Shown piece after piece: positions 40,717 through 54,249 of a stretch of DNA of 64,000 nucleotides. Numbering within the stretch: the first letter of the stretch is position 1; every line of letters begins with the position of its first letter. This stretch comes from Trichoplax adhaerens (lineage: Eukaryota > Animalia > Placozoa). The notes beneath the pieces are model-generated. The model worked only from the letters and a program-made list of their open reading frames with translations, ran no database searches and had not been told where the DNA came from. The stretch lies in the NCBI RefSeq assembly GCF_000150275.1, contig NW_002060946.1, positions 6,052,597 through 6,116,596 of the forward strand. The letters are read 5' to 3'. The position numbers and the translations under genes are program-made.

Positions 40717-43700
40717 TTTCTTTCTTAAATTTCCTAAACGTGATCAAGAATAAAATTAAATGAAACAATATAAGCCCTCTGTTAATTATAGGATGTATTT
40801 CGATTAAATTTAGAATCGCTATTCCTTCAATTAATAAATGTTATGGCTAAGCTAACATCATGGTTCTAAAATAAATATTTTGCTCAACAGAGATCACAAA
40901 CTTAGTATAGAAATAATAGCATAGACTCTTATCATAAATATAGCCTTATATTCGCTGATCTGATTCAACGATAACATTATATGAATGAGTAATTGAATAT
41001 GTTGTACATTGCTACATTAGCAAGATAATAAAGCCGTTTTAAAAGTAAGCTACTGAAAACAACTGCTTTGCAAAAGTAATCGATACTCAAATGAAAATAT
41101 TGAACAAATAATGCCTTAAGGATTTCTTTATTAGTGCTGGTATATTTGCAATTGGATACTTGCTGTCTTAGAAATAATTATTTTCTTGTAAAGTAAAACA
41201 AAGTACAGTAAGTATCATTTTATTAAGATATTGTTATGATACATAACCAGATTCATACTTCTTTCCTGCAATATATCCCCCCCAAAATCGTACAGCTTTC
41301 CTTTATCTATCTTGGAATTTAGGGTATTTAGTCAACATAATATAGCGAATAATTATTTATTTTATTTTGGAGTGCATAAAAATTTAAGGTCATTTTCGAA
41401 TTTGCAGTATTTCAAACCGTCACAGAAATTATTTAATACATTTGCTGTTGTTGTCTGAATGATTTAAAACTTTTATGACACGCTTTTATCTACTTTAGCA
41501 ATCTACGAATTTCGAGTATTTCTCTTGTCTACCATTTGTCTATCTATCCGAGCAAGTTAACATAATTTTGTATTCCGTCGATTCTCGTAACTATCAAAGC
41601 GCATCGGGACAAAATAAATCTTACAACAATAGCGTTGCAGAGAATTAATTACTCTTCTTTACATTTTAAATCATCAATTAAATTCATACTATAGCTTAAA
41701 AGATAGATTTTGATCAAAGGCGCGTACAGACAGAAGGTCATCCTTTTGCTTTATATACCATTACCTAATGTCACGTCTAGTTAAAATTTTGAATATTAAT
41801 GATCTTCTTGATTGTGTAATTTCTCAGGTTTTCATATTGAGTAAAGTTAAAGCTTACACTAAACAAAACTTTTCGTCTGAAAGCAGACTCATAATAATTA
41901 GGCATTTTAATTTTACGTCAAAAAATGCTGAAATTACTTCGGCAATTTCTTTAATGATTTACCATTCAACCGTCTAAAGTAATTTAATTTCCTCAGTAAA
42001 TGATTAAGCCGTTTAAAACACCTATTTACCTTTAATTTGATATAAGCACTTAATCAACTCGATAGTTGACCAATGTATTGTATGATTTTGATTATTTCGA
42101 CGTATAGTTGAAGCTGTGAAACGATGATATAAGCTACTTTAGTTTCAGTCATATGAAAAAAATCCTTATGCTAATTAGTTAACGGTATATAGCCTTGTTC
42201 ATACCTATAAGAAATGTGAATATGAGGCCTTTCGTTACATGAAAAATAAAATTAATCAGCTGCACTATTTTATGTTTCAATTAGTTGATCGAAGAGCCCA
42301 TTTTCAACTTTCTGCCATCTTATGTTCGCGTTATCAATGACCGAAACGGTGAGCAGCTATTCTTAATGGTGAGCTTGGTTTTAATAAATGACGAATAAAT
42401 AGCTAATAGTAATAATTGCTATTTATTTTTCATAGTTAAGTTTGATATAAAACTATTAATATTTTTACTGTATACGACTAATAATGGACATATATGTAGC
42501 GCATCGAATCAAACTAATTTATTTATATCCGATAAATTATAGGCTAATGATGCCATTCATACAAGCTGCATATCAAAAGTTAGCTGATATAGTTAATATT
42601 GGTTAGTAGTAAAATATCTGTAATATTACTTTTTGCAATCAATTCTACAATTCATATGTCAATCACGATAAACTATATAATGCAATCGACGAGATAATCA
42701 ACGTCATTTCCCGTGAGATCATAGATGATGTTAATAAATAAATAATAATGATAAAGTACTATTAAGAGTACTTTAACAAATTGAAAATATACAGGTTCAA
42801 AACTAATAGAATAAGAGATTGATAATGATAATATAGCATATGGGCATCTCAGATTGAACATGTAATACCTTAGGAATTTTAGTCAATTATTAAATATTAA
42901 CGTATCGTTAAATGGTCCATATATTGTATTACGTTTAAATTAAGCTACTTGCTAGATAAAAGAAAAAGTCGGTCATTCTAGTCATGAATTGTGCTGCTAG
43001 CAGCTGCTAAAGGAGTATATCCATAATTTGTTATAGATTATAGTTGATACATTAAGATACGCTTCCACATAAAATAGTAATTAAACACTTGATTGCATCA
43101 ATGATACTGTCTTATAATTTCAGTTTTACTAAGGTTAGATATTAAATATACCTGATATGTCTTATCCAATGTTAATAGCAAAGGGAATTGTTTAAGAAAT
43201 CGCTGTAAATTTTAAAATAAAGATTCAATACCATGTCATGTTCATGTATCCGGTACTATATCTTGAATTACTTTATTTTTATCAACTTGATTTAGCGATC
43301 AAGAATTGAAAAGTGCATTAATAACGAACACTTTAGGTAATTTTAAAACGCTTAAGTTATGGATTATTTACCAATCTTGATTATACCTTGACCTGACCTA
43401 ATCCGGTGTAAATAAATTTTCCTGATATCTACTTCAAAATAGGCCTGATATAAATCTATCGTGATATCCTTATTAAAATGATATTGTCAGCCATCACTTA
43501 ACATACAAGAAGTTTATTGATTGTATTCAGGTTGGATAAATGTACTGAGATATATAGTGTCGCTGACAACTATCAAGTTTTTGTTCAATAAATAAATACA
43601 GCAGTATCTTTTTATTATTTATAACTTCCCGAAGAATAATGCATTAAGACAAACAGCATAATAATTACGACAATAATATTACAATGAATAAGGCATTTTT

Positions 43701-45239
43701 ACGAATTTTGATCTATCAGTAGTACTTACTGGTATTGCCTATAGGAACGAATTTTGGCCTGTCAGTAGAACTTACTATTGTTCCTATTATTTAAAGCATA
43801 ATATACTGATGATTGGTAAATAGATTTATAGGTAGTTGCAAGCACAGAGAAAACAAATATTACCCAAAATGTTTAAATTTTCATTTTGATATTATAGCTT
43901 ACTCTATTCGATTTACATTATTGTATTATTTGCTGTATTATATATATAGTAACATTTTTACAAACTTTAACAATAAATTTCAAATATGAGTATAATTTGT
44001 TTAATTGAACTACACTTATCTGTGAGGAAATTACCTAAAGTAAAATTTCTAAAATACTTATAGCTAAAGGCTTAAAAGATATATGATAGAGTACCGTTAT
44101 TGCCTCAAATTCTGTGAATGGTTTTAAATTGTTATGCAATTGATTTCTTTCATAGTTGCTAAGTTACATTAAAATACTGTCCTAACTATATGTTTGTAAT
44201 TCTCGGAATTTATAAGAACCATGATAAAAACTTTTACCTGTATTTATAAAATTATTTAAACAATTAAATAATTAACTGATTAATTAATGGCATCAGCTCT
44301 GGAAATTTTAATAAACAGAAATGCGTGACTTATTTCGCAATAATGTAAATTTCAGTAATCAAAAGGCAATATTTTGGCCCTTCACAATAGTATGCTTATG
44401 TTTGCTAGATATTTATTTTGCTTTAATATTAAGCTTTAGCTTTGGCTATTAAACCGGAGACTTTCACCTTTTAGCAATAGTCGGAACAAGCAGGAATTAA
44501 TATTTCTCTTTGTAATAAAGGACTAAAAACAGAGTTCTTTATAGCTTTTAGTATGTAATTATTTTGATTTACTATAGAAAATACCTAGAAAGTGATAATA
44601 TCTTTTAGTTTTACGCTACCACATCTTTATGTCGCCATCTTTTCTTCATTAATTTACAAAGTATTATATAGATTACTATAGAAATAACCTAAGAGCAATC
44701 GCCTAATCTAAAGAAAGGGCGTTTGATAGTATATTAAGATTATAGATGAATTTGACTTAGTAACAAAACCATATCCATAGAGAAAGGGGATTTATAGCAT
44801 GACAGTAAAGTACTGTAATGTTGGCTATAATCGTACAGTTACCTTACAACTTCACGCTAAAACTTCAACTGTCAATACTAATGCCAAAAAAGTAGTCATA
44901 GCTGTCACATAAAATATTTTGATAAGCGATTGCTGTGATCTTTATAAAAATTCGAATTTTTCGGATTCGGATTTATATCCGAATTAATTTTAATTTTAAA
45001 TTTTGAAAAATGTTATAGGAGTTGGCTTTTGAAATTTGAACTTTTTGTTGCGAATTTGAAACTTAGGAATTTTATGAAGTGACATGAAAGTTACATTAGA
45101 AAAGTTTAGTTGAGAAAATAGAAAATAAGACGGCAAATGGCAGAGGCTGTGTTGATTGTTAAGTAGTTAGACTATTAGTTTTAAGACTAAATCTTAACAT
45201 TTAAATGTTAATTTTTAGACTTTTGTTATTTATAATGAT

Positions 45240-45875
45240 TAGAAATTAAGTTAGAAGTGAAGCTTGAGGGATTTTATGGTTAGTTTGATGGTTTTATAGT
45301 GTTTTGTAAGGGAATCATAAGGTAATTTGTGTCTGAACTTTGAATAATTTTTGTTTTCTTAAGTGATGCAAAGTAGTTTTCTAAAATGGACTTTAAGAGT
45401 AATTGGTCAATAAATATTTAGTTTTAAGTAGTACTGAGGGCTCTGCGAAGCCTATAAATGATAGTACAATCAGAAAATTTAGAGTAGAGAGCAAAAGAAG
45501 ATTCTTTTGAAGAACTTGTTGAATTTTAAAGGCCTTCGGGGTCGAACTGTTGTAAGTTAAAGAGTTCTTCTTTTTGTTAGGTTATTTGGTTGTTGACAGA
45601 TTCAGTTTTGTCGTTATCTTATTTCTTTACTTATAACACTTGGAATTAAGTATTTGGAAGGTTGTTTGATTAGACTCTCTCACATTTTCTTAATAAATTG
45701 TCGATCGGTTGTTTCCCCAATTTTATTTGGTATTAAAGTTTTGTTAAGTCGACCAGAGTGTAAAGAAAGTAGAATCAAAGTTTGTTAGAAGTTTAGTAGC
45801 TTTAGTTGGGAACACGAGTACTAGCGAAGATAGTGTTTAAGACCCGTTTTCTGGTTACAAAGGAGATTTGTAACA
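45240..45875 (-). mobile_element. Decayed LTR-retrotransposon relic: LTR-like 5' end plus a stop-interrupted gag-like frame
   Basis: Minus strand begins TGTTACA at 45875, with AATAAA followed by TGGGG at ~45725. The frame 45618-45300 reads QQFDPEGL*..KESSFALYSKFSDCTIIYRLRRALSTT*N*IFIDQLLLKSILENYFASLKKTKII, resembling a Ty3/Gypsy gag N-terminal pattern. Strong A/C strand skew. Confidence 0.5.
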
Positions 45876-48590
45876 CCTGCACATTAAATCTAAGATGTAA
45901 GAAGAGAGTAATAAATGATGGCTACATATTATGATCGTAATGAATTTACTTCAAGCATCGAAATGAATGTGCAAAGAATAAATGTGACGAAACAATATCA
46001 TGTTTTAATTCACGAATAATAAATATTTATAGGTCGACGTTTTTATCTGTGTGTTAAATATCAACTAGTTTATATTTACTAGGATAGTATTATAGAATGA
46101 CGTTAAAAATAGTAGTTATGAATCTGTAAGTATGAGCGAATCAATAATTGAGGTCAGTATAATGTTATTTTATTCAGATAAAATGAAGCTTAAGAAAATT
46201 TTAGAGTCCAATATAGCCCTTTATTAAGTTGAATCAAAAGTAATTTGAAGTGTTTAATAGTTTTACTTATAATCCTTGAAAGAAAATTTGTAGACCTTCC
46301 CTTGGTATCGTACAAATATTCGTAAAAAATTTATCATTGTTGAATAAACTTTCCATTTTCAGTTATAGTAAACTCTAGTATCAAGCTATTGATTGCATAT
46401 CTAAATAACTGGTGCAGTTCTTGATAATCCGTAATTATACAGTTGAATGATTATACCATATCATATAAGTCGCCAGCTTTATGAAATAATAAATAATTTA
46501 GAAATACTTGGCGTTTGAAATTTTTAAATGAACTAACAAATTGAATTCATCCGTATTACCAGTACCAAAAAACATTTCAATAAGTATTTATATAACGAAA
46601 TAAATCAAAGCTATAGAGGTAAATAAATTTGTCTAGACTGAACCATTATTCTATTTAGAAATTTAAAATTATCTTTATCTTTACTAATCTTTATCAATAA
46701 AGAAAATTTTGACATAGTATATTTAATATACAGAAAATTTAAGATTATAACTGAATTAGTTTGTAGAGAAATATCACACTATGCCCATATGATTTTAAAA
46801 TAAACGACGCAAATGGAGTTTCATCATATTATGCAGGCATTAACTTCACTTTAGTAATTGTAGTCTGCTAGATTTCACGAGCAATTTATCAAGAATAATT
46901 CTAAACTTCATCTGTAGCAATTATAACTGAGTAATACACTGTGTTGTGATTGCGCCGCATATCTTAGTAAAACAGCTAGTATGTTAAATTAGTACAGTTT
47001 TAATTATTAAGATTTAAATAAAGTTCTTTGCATACGTGAAGTATAGAGTAATTGGCTTAAATTACATATTTATACTTGTGTATTGCTTCATAAAATGGAA
47101 AGTACACATGTTTAAGGTCTGTGGAGGCTAAGACAATTATTCTGGGAAGATTGAAGAATTTTTAATTAGCATTGATTTTGTTACCCGTTGGTAACATTTC
47201 GGTTTTAGATTAGTTTTCAATTCTGTTACTCATCTCTAACATCTATTTTTGATATCTAAATAAATTGGTTAAATTGGTTGATCTACAAAATCTTACCATT
47301 AATTACTAAACTCGTAATTCAACATAGTGTATCAGCACAGTCTGGCCATTTAGTATCAGACTCTGATGAATTTTCGCCTATGAATACTACACTAACTGAT
47401 AACGGTGAAGAGTTGGATAAAATTACGGACATTTGCTGAGCTTTCATGACGCAAAATCTAGACTAGCCAGATGTATTTAAGGTCACTGTTTTTTTCACAC
47501 TAGCGCATGATTTACGCATATATTTATCTTTGGTACATATTATGACATCAGAAAGTAACCCTAATATATTCCTTTTCAGTAATTATGAAGTAAAAATTGG
47601 TCGACATAACTAATAAATATGTGATAGCTCCAAAATTGTCGTCATCAGACTTCATTTTGAACTAATAACCCACTTTACATAATTACATCAGAATTTATCT
47701 ATTTTTTTGCGAGTTTAATTACTAATGACAGTTCACACACTCTAAATTACCGAAATCTTGAAGGATCCTAAGCAAGACTGGAAGTCTACAAGCCTTGGTC
47801 ACTGATTTAGGCTTAATGGGTACGCATATACGACAATTGCCATAATATACGACCATTACCAGCACAATCATTATTATTTTTAATGCAGTTACTAAGTATA
47901 ACGTTCTAAATTTCTAAGATACCATAAATAGGCAGTACTGTAGGTAAAGAAAAATAATATAAATGTCATTAAAGGCATCTCCCCAATATACTGCTATTCT
48001 ATGATTATTGCGTGAATCTATCCACTATTAGATATATGGGCAATTGTGTGCTCATCAACAATTTCCAATTATTAGGAAAATCTGTAGGCGTATGGACAGT
48101 CAGCATCTGCTTGCGACCAGCTTACACAGGATTTAATAAATGCTTTAATTTAGTACGCTATTCTGAGATCGCCTTTCAGGAATTGATAGCATCTTAATGT
48201 ACAGTAATATATTACTGGATATCTCTAGAATCGTTTTATAAAAGAATTAAGCTAAGCAAGCACTAATTATCCTTTATTCCATAACGTATGTAATTGTAAG
48301 CAGTTAAGTGATCAGTTTACCATATAAATATACCATTTTAATAATCAATAGTGACTGTTTGATAGATATGACTGTAGTACTATAGCAAGAAATATAAATT
48401 TGAAAGCCTAGTGCTACTAGTTGCCATACCAAGTCATATTTAAGCCTTAACCTATCCAATTTAGCCACTTAGATTTAAATGATAATTCAGCAACAAAATC
48501 GCACCGCTATGCTTTGTTTGTCTTCAGTGTGGCATACCGATTACGTTATTGATAAATTTGCTTTTGCTTTATAGAATATTATTTACTCGG

Positions 48591-48770
48591 TGTCACAACC
48601 GAGATTGTAACACAAGAATTAAACGGGATTCTTTCCTCTAAAGTAGACTTAACTATCTAAGCAACTAACTCTAAGCACTCTTTAATCAACCAAACTTAGA
48701 TTCGAGTCTTAGACGATAGATTACTCACGTTAAGGATCAAAACTTTATTCTAGAAGCTATTTTATTAAAA
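48591..48770 (+). mobile_element. LTR-like fragment related to the 45700-45875 terminus, in opposite orientation
   Basis: Colinear shared blocks with the reverse complement of 45700-45875: tgt[c/t]acaa..ttgtaac..aaacggg..caaactt[a/t]gattc..caaaacttta. Confidence 0.4.
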
Positions 48771-50568
48771 TGTCCGATTGAACGCACAACTTACAATTAC
48801 GACTATTGCTTATAATGTAAAAGTGGGATCATTGTATCAAGACAAATTTTAAATATTGTGCATTTGAAGCTGTGAAATTTTGATAAGGTATCTAAAACAA
48901 ATTTATGATTTATTATGGTATTACGTGAATAAACGGTACACATATATCTTTGGAAGAGATAATTTTAACGATATATCGATATTTGAAGTTTCCAAGAAAC
49001 TAAAATTATGATTTCAAGGGTATACAGGACTATTATTGTATAGATTTTTGGAATAATAAAGACACGTATTTAGCGAGTGATTTAATTTTCTTCTAAGAGC
49101 ATATTAAATCTTATCATATCAAGTAATTTTTTATATTATATGGTGCTATTATCGATTGAAGTTTCGAAATAAACAAACCTGCTTGCTATCTTTTAGGATT
49201 TCTTTAATTGCCTGATAAACCATACAGCATCAAATCCTTTAGTTTTAGTTACGCAGAGCAAAGTATAACTAATTTTTGAGGTAGTATATAATGTACTATT
49301 TTAAAGAGCTGTCCAAGCGAATTTGTAAGATGTGCTATAGTGCTGGTATACTGAACGACAAATTATTTGCTATTCGCGTATGTATATATACAATATGTGT
49401 ATATTGTAGTTGCCCTTATCGGTAATTCATTATAGTCTAAATAATAAAATTACTTCAAGTAAAGTCTGAAATAGAAAATGATAACATCCGTTAACTTCCA
49501 TTATGTGAGGAATCGTATTAAAATTGTATTGCACGCGGATGTGATGATTCCGCATAATACAAGGGAAGGAAACATAAAAAAAATCAGGCAAACTAAGTTT
49601 TCTTCGATGTAACCTGAATATGCCATATTTTTAAGACTACTGTCCGATATATAGCGGTACTTTGCTATTCTCTTCTTTTAAAATTTATTCTTTAGTACAT
49701 TGAAAGTTAGCGCACTGTCTATCTTCAATCAAATGTAATAATTTTATATTTCAAATGTGCTCTCTATAAGGATTCCTTTTAATTTATCCAAACGGCCAGC
49801 AGAACATAGTAAATAGTCTATATCGTATTCGATTATTAGTAATTTTTTGCTCATTAATTATTGCATCAAGCTATTCATATTCTTATGTTCAATCCTCCTT
49901 CCTCTCATTTCAGATAGATCGTAGTCGAGTTCACTTTATTATAATATATGATAGATAGAGCACTAGTACCAATGATTTATTCTCATGCTTTCGAATAACA
50001 ATAGCAAACTAGTTTTAAATCGTTTCATGAATTAAACTAATGCAGCTGGTAAAATTTATTTTCATTGTTGGTTTTATAGCATAAATTCTAGGTTTAATAT
50101 CTATTTGCTTATTTTCAGTCTTATTCCATTGATATTATCATCATAATTTCATTAAATGCTTTGATATTGTTTATTATATAGCGAGAAGCGGTTTGCATGC
50201 TAACTAATTGTATAAGGTACACAAACTATTATTCTAAAACTATTAGAATCTTGTGATGTGACGATTTGGCTGGCATGCGGATAGAAATGATTTCTTTAGC
50301 GAACAAAAGTGTATTGTAACCACTCGGAAAGTAGCTTGAATGTCTAGCAGAAAAGAAATAACTAGACGTATAATATATTATTTACGTCAAACTAACTATG
50401 TAAAACTTCGTTTTAGGATTGTCACAGTCATCAAAATAACTTAGATATGGATTTGTAGTTTATGATAGTATTATGTTTTAAACTAGTTAGAAGTATGAAC
50501 TACTATTTTAGGAATTGTTATTGTTAGTAATCAACTAAGCTTATTATGATATTATGCCGATATAGTGA

Positions 50569-51030
50569 TGTTACAAGTAAGTACCGAGAATATAGGAGTT
50601 TGATAGGGCTTACAATCGAAGTAGACTTACGTACGTATGAAGTCGCTTATTACCTCGAATGTTTGTATTTGATAGTTTAATCGTAATAAGGTGTTTGTTA
50701 TTGAAATACGTTTATAGTATAGTAAATATGCTTACAACGACTGAAAGAGTATATAAGTAGAACTTTGATCAATAAAAAGTGGTTCAGGTTAAGGCTAAGT
50801 TGTGTAATGGTTATAAACGGTATTCTGTATTGAGCGAGTTAGTGTGTACTTCGCAAGGATTGCAATTACTATACCGTAGGCTAGGGAAGTAGTTCTGCGG
50901 ATTGAAGTTAAGTTTATTATAAGCACTGTATTGTTTTTTGTATCACAAGGGTAGTTATGGCAAGGATGTGTGACGTATGAAGGTAAAGCTAGCATTCTTT
51001 AATGTTTGTTATGATCGTAACGAAGTAACA
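50569..51030 (+). mobile_element. Candidate solo LTR (~460 bp)
   Basis: Starts TGTTAC and ends GTAACA (inverted termini); TATATAA at 50750 and AATAAA at 50771; G/T skew distinct from the flanks. Target-site duplication not clean. Confidence 0.45.
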
Positions 51031-53837
51031 ATTCATTAAAAACCAACAACGTCAATAGAAATTGATTCAATTTTTACCGTATAATAAAAAATTCATACTC
51101 ACATATCACCTAGTGAGGCTATACGCATATATTGAAGATATAACCTTAAAATAATATAACGCCATTAGCTACAGCAACATTGCTGTAGTATCTTTAGTAA
51201 TACCGTTATGAAAGAGAAAATTTATTTAAAACTATATTAGCTTTTGAAGTCCAACACAAAGTAAATTTAGAAAAAGCACCAGTTAATTGTGATTTGTAAC
51301 AATAAATTTATTAAACTACTGGAAGATTAATAAAAGGGCAGTTTTACTGACTTGACTTTCCAAACTATCAACTTAAATGGGATCTACTTGCCATTTTAGA
51401 AAAATCCTAATCTTTATCTGCTAGCTTCATTATCTCGAACTCACTAAACTACATAACTACACCACCTTCGACATACAGAACTATGCAGAGCAGTTGGTGA
51501 TAACAGACTATCAGATCATCAATCTAAAGTACTCTAAATTAAATTAGCAATTAAACCTATGTGGAAAAATAAATTACACTCTAGATTCCCGAAGGTACTA
51601 AATTAATAACAATTATCATTTAGCTGTAAATTGGTACTTTTTACACTGTGCGGAATATTTCTATAAAATTTAGGAAGATAGACTAGCAATCTTTAACTAG
51701 AACCCAGATCAAAACGTTCAGGTTCATACTGTATTCTATCATAAAGTAACAAAACTCCTATAGTATTTTATAATCAAAATTAGCTGTTAGTCTTATCAGA
51801 ATTGCAGCATGAATACTATACTAGCGAAATATATTGTTTAATTTCTAATCATACAATGCATAATTAATTCTTAACAAATTTAGGTTACCGGTTGTTAAAT
51901 TCTAACCCAAATAAGGCAATTGAGTTAACAACATGCTAGAATAAGAAGTAAAATCTACTATAATTGAGTCAAATTAAGCCACTTTTAAAGCTACAATACT
52001 TATTAGAATACAAAAACTTAACGTACACGTTACTCTTACCGTAATTTGTGATCTGTAAATGTAAGTAAAATTTCATACATTACGGTAGTAATTCAGTATG
52101 AAATTATATACGGTATGACTTAGTATTATAATCTCAGTGTTACGTGTTGGTACGAGTAATATTTTTTGTAAGAACATTATTCACCTTTCTACTTCTAACT
52201 CACGTACATTAGTCAAGCTTTGTAACACGAATAATCATTGCTTAAATAAAATTTCTTCTAAACACACACACTCTGCTGCTATCCTTCTCTATTTCGTTGC
52301 ACATTACTACTCTTAACCTATTGTGGTTACCGCAGATCTATCCGAAGAATAAGCTGATTTCAAAGAATATACAATACTGTAATTATAATATTCTATATTC
52401 TGGATATTATGAAAATGTAATATCTTAGTTACGCATCCAGTAACATCATTTCTATACTTAAATTTTCAAATACACCATAAACGTATCAATCGGTGAATTT
52501 CTACTATTACAATATGTTGACTGGCATTTCGGTGAAGGTGTAATTAGTCTTTAAATAAAATATTACATAATTATAATATGACATGAAATACGAATTTGAT
52601 AGTATTCTCGAAACTATTTCTGTGTTTCTATATATACGGAGACACGTCAATCTAATTTCGGGAGTGTATCGAAAAACTCCTGAAAATGTCGTTCTTCCCA
52701 AGCAGTAAATATTTTTAAAAACTATAGCCGCATCATTTTGCCATTACTAGCATGTACTAGAAGAATATTAACAAATGAAACACGGCAGTCTCTTTTCTAA
52801 AACTGTGAAAAGCAAAAGCAAATAAAATTATAATAAAATTCCAACGCTTTTCATCTGCTTATTAGTGTACCCATCGACAGGTTCGTAGAAAATATCCGTT
52901 ATTTAACATACCGTTAGGCAAACTACAGATTCTGAATTCCAGTCTTAGCGAGGAGTGTAATCAAGATCATAGTAAACCGAACTGGCTTTATCTATAATAA
53001 AATCAGCTCGCTTCTAAGCGAACGAGCAGTTAGCTAGTATTTCTTAAGTCGCATTACTCATAAGATTGATATGAGTACTCAATTGATCAATATCAGTGTA
53101 TTGCTTAATAATTACTTTTATAATTACAAGTTTGTGGCTAGATGTATGATCCATTACATTTCAATACTATAATATAGTTTACTATAGATGCAACTATAAA
53201 CAACTGTAATTGGCAATAACTTATAAATAGCCAATTAAATGGACGAGGCTCAGCACGCTATTCGCTAAGGCGACGCCATTTTTAGTATCTATAAAGATTA
53301 CACTAATTAATTTCAGAACACGCTTACAGTACATCTTTGTAGTCTAAAAAAATATACACGATTAATATTTATAATTACTGTTTACCGCGAATAGCTAAAT
53401 AACGAAATCTGCTTAATTAACATGTAGGGTGCTTTGCTCCGTAATACTTAAATATACTTTACTTATGCGGGCATATATTGACAAACCTTAAAATCTAATT
53501 TCTCCATTTTAGATACTATGTGATGCCTACGTAGATACAAAACTATATCGGCGCAAATAATGCGTTGTAGATGAGAACAATACCTGGCAGTTACCTCTAA
53601 TACATATTTCGGATGATAAATACAGTACTCACGCATAATAGTTTCTTGTCATACAGTATTGAAATAATATAACCCCGTAGTAGTGTTGTAACTTTTAAGC
53701 TATAATGTCTATTATGCCATGAAATACCGAAGATAACAAATGGGATAGAGACTAGAGATCAAGATTTTTCAAGCTGAACAGGACTTGAAGACAGTCCACA
53801 AGCGCAACTCTTGTGTATTCTTTACCTGTAAAATTAA

Positions 53838-54249
53838 GTCTACTTCTAGACTGTAGCTTTACTATTACTTTAAACACTAGTAAATTTTATTATTTACTTT
53901 ATTGCAATGCCTTAATTTACTGTTTACCATTACTCCATGATGAGAATTCGCCGATAGTCAAGTTAATTTGGTTCCTGATTTCTAAAAGTAATCTATTTTC
54001 TTTAAAGATACGATAATTCGTTTCATTAAGTAAACTTTAAAATCTGATAAAACCCAATCATGTCTACCTCCAGATTCTAGCTTTGCTATTACTTTAAACG
54101 CCCTTAAATTTTTATTGTTTATTTAATTTCAACAGCATAATTTACTATTTGCCGTTACCGCATGTTAAGAATTCGCTAATAGTCATGTTAATTTTGACTT
54201 CTGATTTCCAAAAGTAGTCTATTTGCTTTACACGATAATTCGTTTTATT
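53838..54249. repeat. Two-copy tandem duplication, unit ~224 bp
   Basis: gtctac..tagcttt[a/g]ctattactttaaac at 53838 and 54062; agaattcgc and acgataattcgttt are in both units. Confidence 0.9.

Noticed and set aside
52137-52228. gtgttac...gtaacac inverted termini around ~90 bp
   Set aside because: A 7-bp match with no TSD and no internal signals is too weak to call an element.
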